21,344 bases of DNA from Candidatus Krumholzibacteriia bacterium. Lineage in GTDB: Bacteria; Krumholzibacteriota; Krumholzibacteriia; WVZY01. This document shows positions 8,701 to 18,876 of this stretch, piece after piece. The stretch is from assembly GCA_046754105.1 (NCBI GenBank), contig JBHHVD010000058.1, positions 1-21,344 on the forward strand, given 5' to 3'. Within the stretch, counting starts at the first letter, position 1. Every line of letters starts with the position of its first letter. The notes under the pieces are model-generated. The model ran no database searches. It saw only the letters and a program-made list of their open reading frames with translations, and was not told the DNA's origin. The position numbers and the translations under genes are program-made.

Positions 8701-8833
8701 CGATGGCGGTGGAGTAGTTTTCGGTAGCGAGATGCATCTGCCCGATCTCTTCGCTTGGCGCGTAGATCGATCCGGCCGTTTTCTTTCTTCGGTTGTGCTG
8801 AAGCCTATCGCGATCGTCCCGTGCGTTAGACAT
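5780..8833 (-). CDS. TPR-repeat sigma54-dependent enhancer-binding protein (TPR array, GAF-like region, AAA+, Fis-type HTH), 1017 aa
   Basis: About 510 aa of helical TPR-like repeats (e.g. AIVYNNLGLLHKNACRWNRSLASLSKSL). Walker A GETGTGK, ESELFGHVKGSFTGA, Walker B IFLDEI, WAGNVREL, and HTH WNKSQAATELGISYPSLLSKIKRY. No receiver domain. Confidence 0.93.
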   Translation of the reverse strand: MSNARDDRDRLQHNRRKKTAGSIYAPSEEIGQMHLATENYSTAIEYFQEALESPDINDFPDRYRILLHIGDCYRNKGNFKQAQKFLDRARALLDDPAPAEALGKIELREAESLLARGSYNDALKLGFSAYRRLKRSTEHKEVGDIQKLLANCYHRIGLASEAEDFFMDALSTYRRIEDRLGIAIVYNNLGLLHKNACRWNRSLASLSKSLDLAKSLGHTQHLIRVQLNLGVVYAKLRRFSEALTSFSNAGGMAERFGDQSKLAKAVLMQGRTYVACGDFCKAEKYILRGQAMANELGYEREAALADEYLGELMLALGKPQEAMVNLNKGLRRARRIAPEGDITAEILRRVADTHLALGAVDKALSFVDEGLEIANGCGEFYEMGYFYRARGLCQRRRMQFDAAAVSLKTSVDMFEQYGNEYEKFCSQRRLGRFFLRSRDQETLIKAKQLLTDSIVGFGKIEESEEQMLSQVLLAVVEERLGNLDDALLSIYEAGRLAEEERNAKFQKLLPAMRERVEAKMTRDTHRVLDQIPMFGNAQSGLRSRDKLVAGLNSSLKLIIGKSNAQNGFVAIPKGRGKGFELVCRENLSARDAKAILAWHAAQGETGHDHHLVIRDAEQGAPNGLPDSMDISLGRMLFQELGFENDALGVVFINQEPGAHRVPIGQEVLHFVGAYSRLISLSVYELVRNERRREPRTKPSASGFESIVTENNEMIKLLNLAERVAHSNATVLLQGETGTGKGLIAYAVHLLSERREKSFVHINCAAMPESLLESELFGHVKGSFTGATADKNGLLRQADGGTIFLDEIGKTTLAMQGKLLQFLDTGKVRKVGSNELMPVNVRVICASKADLLGLCNEGRFLEDFFYRINDFPLTVPPLRRRREDVELLFFHYLRKYSREMGKDISDITDEALELLKDFHWAGNVRELEKVVKRAVILADDGETLELRHLPAEVVSPSGNGDGMSRTRNLRDQIGQLEKREIKAALERSGWNKSQAATELGISYPSLLSKIKRYNLRCY

Positions 8834-8882
8834 CGTCTAGTCCTTAATCTGGTTGCTCAGCAGCAAAACGAATATCAAATAA

Positions 8883-9185
8883 TCAAAACATTCTATGGAA
8901 CAGCAGATACATCCACCAAACCTTTGCCCCGAACCTCGTCTGTTCGAAATCACTCGTCGTGAAGCGCGTGTGTCGATCGCCCCTGAAACCGAGGTCGTCT
9001 GCATCCCCTGAATCACCGTCGCCGCTACCGGTTCCGGACGGCAGATCACCGTTGGGGCCGGTATTCGGCGTGATAATTATGGTGGGAGAATCATCGATGC
9101 TTGGGGATTTAGCAGAAGGCATACTGGCAGGATATACGAGCAGAACCGCGAGCACGGCGATGAGTATGAAGCATGCCCGTTTCAT
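8883..9185 (-). CDS. Small exported protein / candidate signalling pro-peptide (100 aa)
   Basis: AAGGAG RBS 11 nt upstream. Sec-type signal MKRACFILIAVLAVLLVYPASMPSA, a G/D/S/P-rich middle and an aromatic C-terminal tail. Ends 49 bp before the TPR-EBP on the same strand. Confidence 0.75.
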   Translation of the reverse strand: MKRACFILIAVLAVLLVYPASMPSAKSPSIDDSPTIIITPNTGPNGDLPSGTGSGDGDSGDADDLGFRGDRHTRFTTSDFEQTRFGAKVWWMYLLFHRMF

Positions 9186-9271
9186 CCGACCATCATCTCC
9201 TTCCTAATCCGATATGGACTTTACTGGCCCCCCCCTAAAGAGGGAAATGGATACAACCATCCATCTAACGG

Positions 9272-9301
9272 AATATAATCAGGGCCGTTAGAATCTGTCA
9301 A
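9272..9301 (-). promoter_or_regulatory. sigma70-type promoter for the peptide / TPR-EBP unit, overlapped by an inverted repeat
   Basis: Minus strand TTGACA (9296-9301)-N18-TATATT (9272-9277). TCTAACGG-N13-CCGTTAGA (9264-9292) brackets the -10 box. Confidence 0.65.
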
Positions 9302-9315
9302 GCCCTTCGTCGCTC

Positions 9316-10695
9316 CTAGGCATCGTCGCCGTCTTCGTCACGACCTCGCTTGTACGATATTCCGTATTTTTCAAGCTTTTTGTAAAGATTGCTGCGCTGC
9401 ATGCCCAGCTTACGGGCGGTCTTGCTGACGTTGTAGCCGTAGGCCTTGAGCTTGAGGATGAAGAATTCCTTCTCCGTGGCATCCTTGAAATCGTTGTAGG
9501 TTTCCTTCTCGAAGAAGGGGTCTTCGAGGTTCCTGGCGGGCCCGAGTTGCGGCAGATCGTCCACGTCGATCGTCGGACGGTGGGTCAGGATGACGAGCCG
9601 CTCGATGAGGTTCTTCAGCTCGCGTATGTTCCCGGGCCAGTTGTATTCCCGCAACTGGTCCATCGCGCGCTTGGTCAGCTTCTTCGGACGTTGCCCCAGC
9701 TCCGCCGCCGCCTCTGCGAGGAAATGGTCGATGAGTAAGGGCAGATCTGCGATCCGTTTTCGGAGCGGGGGGATCTGGATCGGAACCACGTTGAGGCGAT
9801 AGAAGAGGTCCTCCCGGAAGCGCCCTTCCTGGCTCTCTACGGTCAGGTTCTTGTTCGTCGCCGCGATGACCCGCACGTCGACACTCATGGTGACGGTGCC
9901 GCCGACCCTCTCGAACTGGGATTCCTGCAGCACGCGGAGCACCTTGGCCTGGGCGGAATGGCTCATGTCCCCGACCTCGTCCAGAAAAAGCGTTCCGCCG
10001 TCGGCCAGCTCGAACTTGCCGACGCGCCGGCCCACGGCACCGGTAAATGCGCCCTTCTCGTGTCCGAACAGCTCGCTCTCGATCAGCTCCTCGGGGATCG
10101 CCGCGCAGTTGACCTCGATGAACGCCTCCTTGGAACGCTGACCCATCTCGTGGATCGCGCGTGCGACCAGCTCCTTGCCGGTACCGTTCTCACCCATGAT
10201 CAACACGCGGGCGTTGGTGGGGGCGACTTTGGTGAGCGTCTCCATGATAGCGGCCATTTCCGGGTGCTCACCGATGATCCGGGTCCGGCGCTGGACCTCC
10301 GCCTTGAGCGAGATGTTCTCGCGGATGAGCCTGCGCTGGGCGAGCCCGTTGCGGATCACCAGCAGTATGCGGTCGGCGTCGATCGGTTTTTCGATAAAGT
10401 CGAAGGCGCCGAGACGGGTGGCCTCGACCGCCGTCTGGATGGTCCCGTGGCCGGAAATGATGACGACGGGTAGTTCGGGGTGGCTCTCGTGCAGGGTGGC
10501 CAGGACCTCCATCCCGTCCAGCCCCGGCATCTTGATATCGAGCAGGACGAGATCGATCATCGCGTTCTCCGCGGTCTCGAGGGCCGCGCGACCGTCCTCG
10601 GCCACGATCACGTCGTATTTTTCGTACTCGAGCAGACGCCTCAGCGAATCGCGGATCCCTTTTTCGTCGTCGGCGACCAGAATGGTTTTCGGCAT
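9316..10695 (-). CDS. NtrC/NtrX-family sigma54-dependent response regulator (REC-AAA+-HTH)
   Basis: ILVADDE, LLDIKMPG (phospho-Asp), GENGTGK, ESELFGHEKGAFTGA, LFLDEV, WPGNIREL, C-terminal HTH. Confidence 0.95.
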   Translation of the reverse strand: MPKTILVADDEKGIRDSLRRLLEYEKYDVIVAEDGRAALETAENAMIDLVLLDIKMPGLDGMEVLATLHESHPELPVVIISGHGTIQTAVEATRLGAFDFIEKPIDADRILLVIRNGLAQRRLIRENISLKAEVQRRTRIIGEHPEMAAIMETLTKVAPTNARVLIMGENGTGKELVARAIHEMGQRSKEAFIEVNCAAIPEELIESELFGHEKGAFTGAVGRRVGKFELADGGTLFLDEVGDMSHSAQAKVLRVLQESQFERVGGTVTMSVDVRVIAATNKNLTVESQEGRFREDLFYRLNVVPIQIPPLRKRIADLPLLIDHFLAEAAAELGQRPKKLTKRAMDQLREYNWPGNIRELKNLIERLVILTHRPTIDVDDLPQLGPARNLEDPFFEKETYNDFKDATEKEFFILKLKAYGYNVSKTARKLGMQRSNLYKKLEKYGISYKRGRDEDGDDA

Positions 10696-10854
10696 CGTAA
10701 TGGGTCTTACACAAGGAGAAATACGTGGTTTTTGCTACCAAAGAAATAACATACCCTCTATAATAATAGCTACGGTAAAATAGCCGCCGTCTGCCGGCCT
10801 TACCACCTTCCTGTCGCGGTCCGGGGCAACGCGCAACAATCCCGGAGGTATCAC

Positions 10855-11961
10855 GTGGCGCCGCACACGGAACCATCACACAGCACGCCGAGGATCCATC
10901 TGCGCAATCTCAGTCTGCTCGAGTTGCGCGACTTCGTCACCGCGCATCACGTTCCCCAATACCGTTACCGCCAACTCGCCTCGTGGTTGTACGGCAGGCT
11001 GGCGGACGACCTGGCGGGCATGACCGATTTGCCGCTGGCGTTTCGCGAGCGCCTCGGAGAGGAATCGATGGTGCGGGCGTCCAAGGTCGTTTCCGTGCAG
11101 TCATCGGCGGTCGACGGCACGCGGAAGTTTCTATTCGAGCTTCTCGACGGACTGCTCGTCGAAGCCGTGCAGTTACCGCACGGCAAGCGCACGACGCTGT
11201 GCGTGTCGAGCCAGGTGGGATGTCCCCTCGACTGCGTGTTCTGCCAGACCGGCATGGGGGTCTTCGGCCGCAACCTCACCAGCGGCGAGATCCTCGACCA
11301 GGTCTGCCGCCTCAAGGCGGAGAGCGGACCGGACGCCGACAAGGTCAACGTCGTCTTCATGGGGATGGGCGAGCCCCTTTTGAACTACAAGTCTCTGGTG
11401 AAGGCCATCGGGGTGCTCAACGACCCGGAGGGGCTGGACATGGGTAGCAGACGAGTTACCGTGTCCACCGCCGGGCTCGTGCGCCGCATCCGGGACCTCG
11501 CCGACGAGCGGCTGCGCTGCTCGCTGGCCGTGTCGCTCAACGCGGCGAGCGACGACAAGCGCCGGCAGTTGATGCCCGCCGTATCCGGCCATTCTATAGA
11601 GGAGGTCCTGGACGCAGCGGCCTACTTCCATAACCGGAGCGGGCGCAGGGTCACGCTCGAGTACGTGCTGATGCGAGGTGTGAACGATTCGCGCGATGAC
11701 GCCGTGCGCCTGGGGCGCCTGGTCAAGGGCCGGCCGTTCAAGATCAACGTCATTCCCTACAACCCCGGCAGGGATGGTCGGTTCGAAGGCGTCGGCGAGC
11801 AGGACATCGACCGGTTCGTGGGTACCCTCCTGCCGTACGCGCCGACGGTCACCGTCCGGCGCAGCAAGGGCCCCGATATCGACGCGGCCTGCGGGCAGTT
11901 GTGGACGCGAAGTCTCGCCCGTGAGCAAGGGCCCGCGGAAGAATCACACGATCGACGCTAA
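10855..11961 (+). CDS. rlmN: 23S rRNA m2A2503 / tRNA methyltransferase RlmN (radical SAM)
   Basis: CVSSQVGCPLDCVFC, VFMGMGEP, RVTVSTAG, DIDAACGQL. GGAGGT RBS before the GTG. Confidence 0.95.
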   Translation: MAPHTEPSHSTPRIHLRNLSLLELRDFVTAHHVPQYRYRQLASWLYGRLADDLAGMTDLPLAFRERLGEESMVRASKVVSVQSSAVDGTRKFLFELLDGLLVEAVQLPHGKRTTLCVSSQVGCPLDCVFCQTGMGVFGRNLTSGEILDQVCRLKAESGPDADKVNVVFMGMGEPLLNYKSLVKAIGVLNDPEGLDMGSRRVTVSTAGLVRRIRDLADERLRCSLAVSLNAASDDKRRQLMPAVSGHSIEEVLDAAAYFHNRSGRRVTLEYVLMRGVNDSRDDAVRLGRLVKGRPFKINVIPYNPGRDGRFEGVGEQDIDRFVGTLLPYAPTVTVRRSKGPDIDAACGQLWTRSLAREQGPAEESHDRR

Positions 11962-11996
11962 GGGTGGGGCCCGCCGCTATGCCGCCGCCAGGCCGG

Positions 11997-13055
11997 CTAT
12001 TTGATCATGAGAAGTTTGCGAGTCACCCGCGCGTTTCCCGCACGCGCGACGGCGAAATAGACCGAGCTCGCCACCCTGTTGCCCCTGCCGTCGCGTCCGT
12101 CCCAGCGCACACGCACGCTCTGCCCCTTCGGGCGCGCTCCATACAAGTCGCGCACCAGCGCCCCCCGCACGTCGTAGATAGCAATAGTCAGGCGTTCGCC
12201 CCGGGCGAGAAAACCGGGGTCGAGGTCGACACGCACGACGGTCTCCGGGTTGAACGGGTTCGGGTAGTTGACGACAGCGGCGATATCCAACGCCCCGGGG
12301 CGTGACGTGGACAGACCGGTCAGGAACTCCTCGAGCCCGGCCACCTGCCGCGGCGGGGGCAGCCCCGCGTTTTCGATCGCCCCGCCGAAGTGGGCACTCG
12401 GGCCACCGAAGAGGACGCGGAAATCCTCGGCGAATATTTCGCGCGGCCGGTCGGCGTGAGACGAGGTTTCGGAGTACACCTCGCGGTCCTCGATACCGCG
12501 GATACGGCGAAAGGCCAGCCAGCCGTCTCGTGCGTGCCCGGGCAGGTAGCGGTCCTGGAACACGTGCCCCATCTCGTGGGCGATGAGGTAGGCGGCGTCC
12601 GGGCTCGCGATCTCCCGTACGTGGGGGCTCAGGTACAGACGGTCCCCCGAGACCGAGGTGACCGGCAGGGCCGCCCGTGGAAACGGCAGCACGTAGACCT
12701 CGAGCTCAAGGTCCAGGCTGGGGTAGTCGATTTCACCGAGAAGTACGACGACCTCCCCCAGATCGAACGGATGGAACACTCCGTCACCCTTGTTGGCGAT
12801 CGCCGGGTCACGGGTATCGGTAATGACATCGAAACGCTCGCCACCGGCCAGCTCGATGGTGCCGCGGGTGCCGCTGAAGGTGGTGCGCCGCGCGAGGTAA
12901 GCGGATGTGAAGATCCGGGCCGAGATGCCGTTGGGCAAATCGACGGCGAGCGGCGTATCGCCCGTGGCGCGGACCGGCGTGATCCAGGCGAACAGCGCGA
13001 TCCCCACAACCGCGAGGGCGCCGATTCTCGTCGGGCTGGCTGGCCGTATCGTCAT
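11997..13055 (-). CDS. Secreted HExxH zinc-metallopeptidase-like protein with a C-terminal FlgD-Ig / T9SS-like domain
   Basis: Signal peptide. AHEMGH plus downstream EIFAEDF. C-terminal NYPNPFNPET..IYDVRGALVRDL..WDGRD..VASSVYF. Confidence 0.85.
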   Translation of the reverse strand: MTIRPASPTRIGALAVVGIALFAWITPVRATGDTPLAVDLPNGISARIFTSAYLARRTTFSGTRGTIELAGGERFDVITDTRDPAIANKGDGVFHPFDLGEVVVLLGEIDYPSLDLELEVYVLPFPRAALPVTSVSGDRLYLSPHVREIASPDAAYLIAHEMGHVFQDRYLPGHARDGWLAFRRIRGIEDREVYSETSSHADRPREIFAEDFRVLFGGPSAHFGGAIENAGLPPPRQVAGLEEFLTGLSTSRPGALDIAAVVNYPNPFNPETVVRVDLDPGFLARGERLTIAIYDVRGALVRDLYGARPKGQSVRVRWDGRDGRGNRVASSVYFAVARAGNARVTRKLLMIK

Positions 13056-13452
13056 GCGCTCTCCGGGTTGTCTTGAAACGCGCGCGGGTGGGGTCTCGTG
13101 GCGGCGGCGCCGGTAACCGGCGCTGCGTAAGATATAACTCGTTTATTTCTATTAATTCCAAACACCTCCACATCGTGCGGGTGCAACCGGTGTTCCCCGC
13201 CGCCGGGTCTGGGGCGGCCGCGCCCTCGCCGCACCGGGCCGCGCGCCGTCCACCCCGTTATCTCGTTGATACGCAAGCGGCAACGCGCCGCGTATCTCAC
13301 GCGGCCCTGCGCAAAAAACACGTGCTCCGCGCACCGGCGGCCAGTCCGCCCTCCGGCGCGCCCCGGATTCCGGGAATAATGCCCCACCTCCGACGTCCCC
13401 ATTGGGGAATGACGCCCAGGTGAGCGGCCGCTGCCCGGTGGTCTCCGGCTCC

Positions 13453-14778
13453 CTAAAAACGAACACCGGTTTCGAAATGAAACCTGGCGTCGCCACGGGT
13501 GTTCGATCCAAAATCGAAACGGACGACGTCGCGCAGCGGAGAATAAAAACGGATGCCGACACCACCGGTGCCGTGGAAGTTCTTGGGGTCGAATTCCGAC
13601 GCGTGGTCCCAGACGATGCCACCGTCGACAAAGGTGACGAAGACGAGTGAGACGTCGAACTGCTTCACCAGCGGCAGGCGGAACACCCTTTTCGGCAGGT
13701 AGAGGTAGCGCCACTCCGCCGTCTGGAACCAGCGGTGAAGCCCGGAAAACCGCGCGTCCGGATGACCTCGCAGCGATGCTGCGCCCCCGAGCTTGACGTC
13801 GGCGAACTCCGGAACGTTTCCGAACTGGTAGAAGAAGTTGGACAAGAGCCCGATCACCGACCGCGGGGAGACGCGGAGAAAGATCTTCGACTCGTTGCGG
13901 AGGTTGTACAAGGTGTCGCTATCGCCGTCGAGCGGCAGGCGCGCCCCCATCGCCAGGTCCGTCACCACGCCCGTTTCGGGCCGCAGGGGACTGTCACGGC
14001 TGTCGAAGCGATAGCCTACCTGGGGAGACAGGGTGACTTCCCTGACGATCCCGTCGTCGCCGCCGTCGAGCCGCCTCTTGTCGAGCGCGAGAATAAAGCG
14101 CGCCTGCGAAAAATGGATGCGGCTCTCCGTCAACGGCAACGCGACGAAACCGCTCAGCCCGATGTTCTCGTGGACGGTAAATTCGGGCGGCGTATCACCG
14201 CGATCAAAAAAAGACATCCGGCCACCCACGGAGATATGCCTCCACCCGAGCCACGGGACGGTCCAGCTGAGCGAGATATCCTCGTCGTCCTGCTCGTTGC
14301 GGGTGTATTTGAAGTTCAGCTGTTCGAGGCGCCCTCGAAAGTTCTTGTCCCGCCAGCGCACACCGTAGGTAAGTCCTTTTTCGAAATCGAACTTGGCGAA
14401 CGGCAGGATCGATTTGATGAAGAGGTTCGAGCGCTCGGTCACCAGGATCCGCAGCGCCGAGTGACCGGGAGCGACCGAGTCGGCCCGCGCGACAACCGTG
14501 GCGAACGGGCTGAGGTCGGTAATGAAACGCAGATCGCGCCGGAAGATTTCCCGATCCAGGACGTCGCCGGGCCGGGTTTCCATTTCGCGCAGCAACACGT
14601 GGCTCTTCGTGTTCTTGTTGCCCGCGACTACTATGGAGTCGACGACGGTGCCGTAGGCGTGTGCGACCCCGCTGTCGTCAACGGTGTCGGCGCCGGCGCA
14701 ATGGACGATGGAGACCACGGGCACCAAGAAAAGAAAACAACCTGAAAAGGCTGTCAGGAAACGTCCGGGCGAGCGCAT
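13453..14778 (-). CDS. Omp85 (BamA/TamA-like) outer-membrane protein with a single POTRA domain
   Basis: Signal peptide. POTRA-like VDSIVVAGNKNTKSHVLLREM, RDKNFRGR, FDSRDSPLRP, LGGAASLRGH (cf. VRGF motif), and a terminal beta-strand ending in Phe. Confidence 0.85.
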   Translation of the reverse strand: MRSPGRFLTAFSGCFLFLVPVVSIVHCAGADTVDDSGVAHAYGTVVDSIVVAGNKNTKSHVLLREMETRPGDVLDREIFRRDLRFITDLSPFATVVARADSVAPGHSALRILVTERSNLFIKSILPFAKFDFEKGLTYGVRWRDKNFRGRLEQLNFKYTRNEQDDEDISLSWTVPWLGWRHISVGGRMSFFDRGDTPPEFTVHENIGLSGFVALPLTESRIHFSQARFILALDKRRLDGGDDGIVREVTLSPQVGYRFDSRDSPLRPETGVVTDLAMGARLPLDGDSDTLYNLRNESKIFLRVSPRSVIGLLSNFFYQFGNVPEFADVKLGGAASLRGHPDARFSGLHRWFQTAEWRYLYLPKRVFRLPLVKQFDVSLVFVTFVDGGIVWDHASEFDPKNFHGTGGVGIRFYSPLRDVVRFDFGSNTRGDARFHFETGVRF

Positions 14779-14841
14779 GTGGCTACTTTACGCACCGCGA
14801 GAACCTTTGCAAAGCGCAATTTCGATTCGGGTCACAGCGGG

Positions 14842-15975
14842 TTATGCCGCCGCGGGGGGCGCGGCGGGTGCCGGGTGCGCCGCCGGAACCGAGACGTAAC
14901 CGCGGCCACCGAAACGGCTCAGGAAGAGCGCCCCCAACCCGACCAGATCGGCAAAGAGGCAGATAAGAAGGCACAGAAGCAGGAACAGAAGACCGAGGGC
15001 ATCGCCCAGCGGCCACAGCGAAACCCCCACACCAAGCAGGGCGGGGATAAAGAGGACCGAGGTCCCCACCAAAACGATGGCGAACGGGTTTTCGGTCTGC
15101 AGCTTTATCTTCTCGTTGACCTTTACTCCGATCGCGTAGGCGGCGACCGTACGCGATATGATCCAGACGGCGAGGCAGCTGACGACGAGCATGCCGGCCA
15201 GCGGCGAACCGATAATGGTAATGATCAAGATGCTGCAAATGACCGGGACCAGGATGCTGCCCACGAACAGGACCAGAAACCCCGTGCCGAAGGATTTGAG
15301 CACACCGGCCGATGCATGCTCCTGGGCGCGGACCACGCGATCCCGGAGGAACAGGACGACCAGAAACGACAGGACAACGCACACAAAGAGCATGATCGGC
15401 ACGCACAACAAACTCAAGAACGACCGGTGCCCGCCAAAGAGATGGGAAAGCCCGATGGAGATGTTGTCCAGCTCGACGCGCTCGCCGTGCACCACCGTTT
15501 CAAGCTCTTCCACCAGCTCTCCACCCAGCACTACCACGTCCCCATTGATCTCGGCGCCCGACAGGATCTCCGCGTCGCCGGCCATCACCACGATGTTGCC
15601 GATCACCTTGCCGCGCGCGGAGACATCGCCCCCGAACACGACGATGTCACCCCGGACGAGATCGTTGTACTCCACGTAGACGTCTTCCCCGAAACGGACG
15701 ATATCGGTGCCCAACTCGCGATAGCGGCGCACCCCCGTCGTACCCGCGGAGGCTCCGCGGTCGAGAGCGCTGTCGGCGGGCTTTTCCCTTGCGCCTTCGA
15801 TGCGAATGCCGTGCTCGTCGATCTTGATATTGAGGGACCTCTTGGGACGCGAGCGTTCGTCACCGGCGGCCAGGCTGTCCTCGGATTGTGCGAGAGCAGC
15901 GATCGGGGAGAGAAGACAGGCCAAGACCAGCGCGGCGCAGGTCGTAGCGACTCTGTCAGAACGAGTAGGATGCAT
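14842..15975 (-). CDS. Membrane protein with an exported bactofilin-like (polymer-forming) beta-helix and several C-terminal TM helices
   Basis: Signal peptide. Repeats GDIVVFGGDV / GNIVVMAGDA / GDVVVLGGEL. Hydrophobic C-terminal half. Overlaps the anti-sigma gene by 20 nt. Confidence 0.8.
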   Translation of the reverse strand: MHPTRSDRVATTCAALVLACLLSPIAALAQSEDSLAAGDERSRPKRSLNIKIDEHGIRIEGAREKPADSALDRGASAGTTGVRRYRELGTDIVRFGEDVYVEYNDLVRGDIVVFGGDVSARGKVIGNIVVMAGDAEILSGAEINGDVVVLGGELVEELETVVHGERVELDNISIGLSHLFGGHRSFLSLLCVPIMLFVCVVLSFLVVLFLRDRVVRAQEHASAGVLKSFGTGFLVLFVGSILVPVICSILIITIIGSPLAGMLVVSCLAVWIISRTVAAYAIGVKVNEKIKLQTENPFAIVLVGTSVLFIPALLGVGVSLWPLGDALGLLFLLLCLLICLFADLVGLGALFLSRFGGRGYVSVPAAHPAPAAPPAAA

Positions 15976-16594
15976 GCCTCGTACTCCCCCGGTGTAGGGC
16001 TCGGGCGTACCACGCGATACCGGCCGTCAGCAAGATGACGAAGGCCAGCGCCGGCAGCATGAAGATCTCACCGACCGTCGCCACGAGTGAGAAGCCCGCT
16101 TGCAGGACGGTCCACAACGTGCGCAGGTTTTTCTGCACGTTGTCGGCAACGCCGACGAGAACCTCCACACGGGCCACCTCGTCCTCGACCGCAACGAACG
16201 CGTTGGTGAGGGCCACCGCGCCCTTACCGGCCAGACCGGTCAGCGGTCGAATCGTGGCGGGAAAAAGCGACAGCGCCACGGCGCACAGCGCCGCCCCCGC
16301 GAGCGCTACCCGGAAGCGGGTCCGCAGCCACGGCACCGGGATCCGCTGTACGGCTGCGGGTTCGACGATCCGTCCCGCGGCCTTCAAGCCGGCGATCACG
16401 CGGTCGGCCAGCCCCAGGGGAGGCGTCTCGAGCGGCAGCGCGTCCATGAGCGTCACCAGCGACCGGTGTGAACGCAGCTCACCCGCGCAGCGGGCGCACT
16501 CCGCCGTGTGGCGGCGGAGCGACCCGGCGCCCCGGGTGTCCAGGCGTCCGTCGATGAGATCGTGGATCAGGGCATATGCGCTTTTGCAGTTCAT
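15956..16594 (-). CDS. Zinc-finger (zf-HC2 / ZAS) transmembrane anti-sigma factor
   Basis: MNC...HTAECARC (HxxxCxxC) and two hydrophobic segments; lies downstream of the ECF sigma gene. Confidence 0.88.
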   Translation of the reverse strand: MNCKSAYALIHDLIDGRLDTRGAGSLRRHTAECARCAGELRSHRSLVTLMDALPLETPPLGLADRVIAGLKAAGRIVEPAAVQRIPVPWLRTRFRVALAGAALCAVALSLFPATIRPLTGLAGKGAVALTNAFVAVEDEVARVEVLVGVADNVQKNLRTLWTVLQAGFSLVATVGEIFMLPALAFVILLTAGIAWYARALHRGSTRHASYSF

Positions 16595-16623
16595 GATGCA
16601 ATCTTAGTCTTCCGCTTGTTTAA

Positions 16624-16649
16624 TACGGATATCCCCGCTCGCGGTTTCA
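16624..16649 (-). promoter_or_regulatory. SigW-type ECF promoter upstream of the anti-sigma gene
   Basis: Minus strand TGAAAC-N16-CGTA, identical to the Bacillus subtilis SigW consensus, 30 bp before the ATG. Confidence 0.75.
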
Positions 16650-16857
16650 ACAAAAAGGCGGCTGTGGCCGGTCCCCACTACCCCTCTTAGCACCCGGCGC
16701 GAGACCTTGTCGAGCCGAATATCGAGATCCCGCTCGTTCGAGACGCTGCCGACAGCTGAAAATACGGCGAAAAGGTGCGGTTAAAACTCGACCTCCCCCT
16801 GCGACCGGCCCGCAGCGGAAGACCGCGCAATCTCGTAACCAACTACCATCATGCAGC

Positions 16858-18870
<2,013 letters not shown>

Positions 18871-18876
18871 GGGCGA

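Noticed and set aside
8837..9049. Alternative-frame 70-aa ORF overlapping the peptide gene
   Set aside because: No RBS or signal peptide; the 8883-9185 frame has both.
13074..13100. Plus-strand TGAAAC...CGTG as a second SigW-type promoter
   Set aside because: Imperfect -10 and spacing, and no credible plus-strand gene downstream.
991..16038. Long antisense ORFs (991-1932, 5993-7312, 13735-14745, 14779-16038 and others)
   Set aside because: Shadow frames of well-supported opposite-strand genes, as expected in high-GC DNA.
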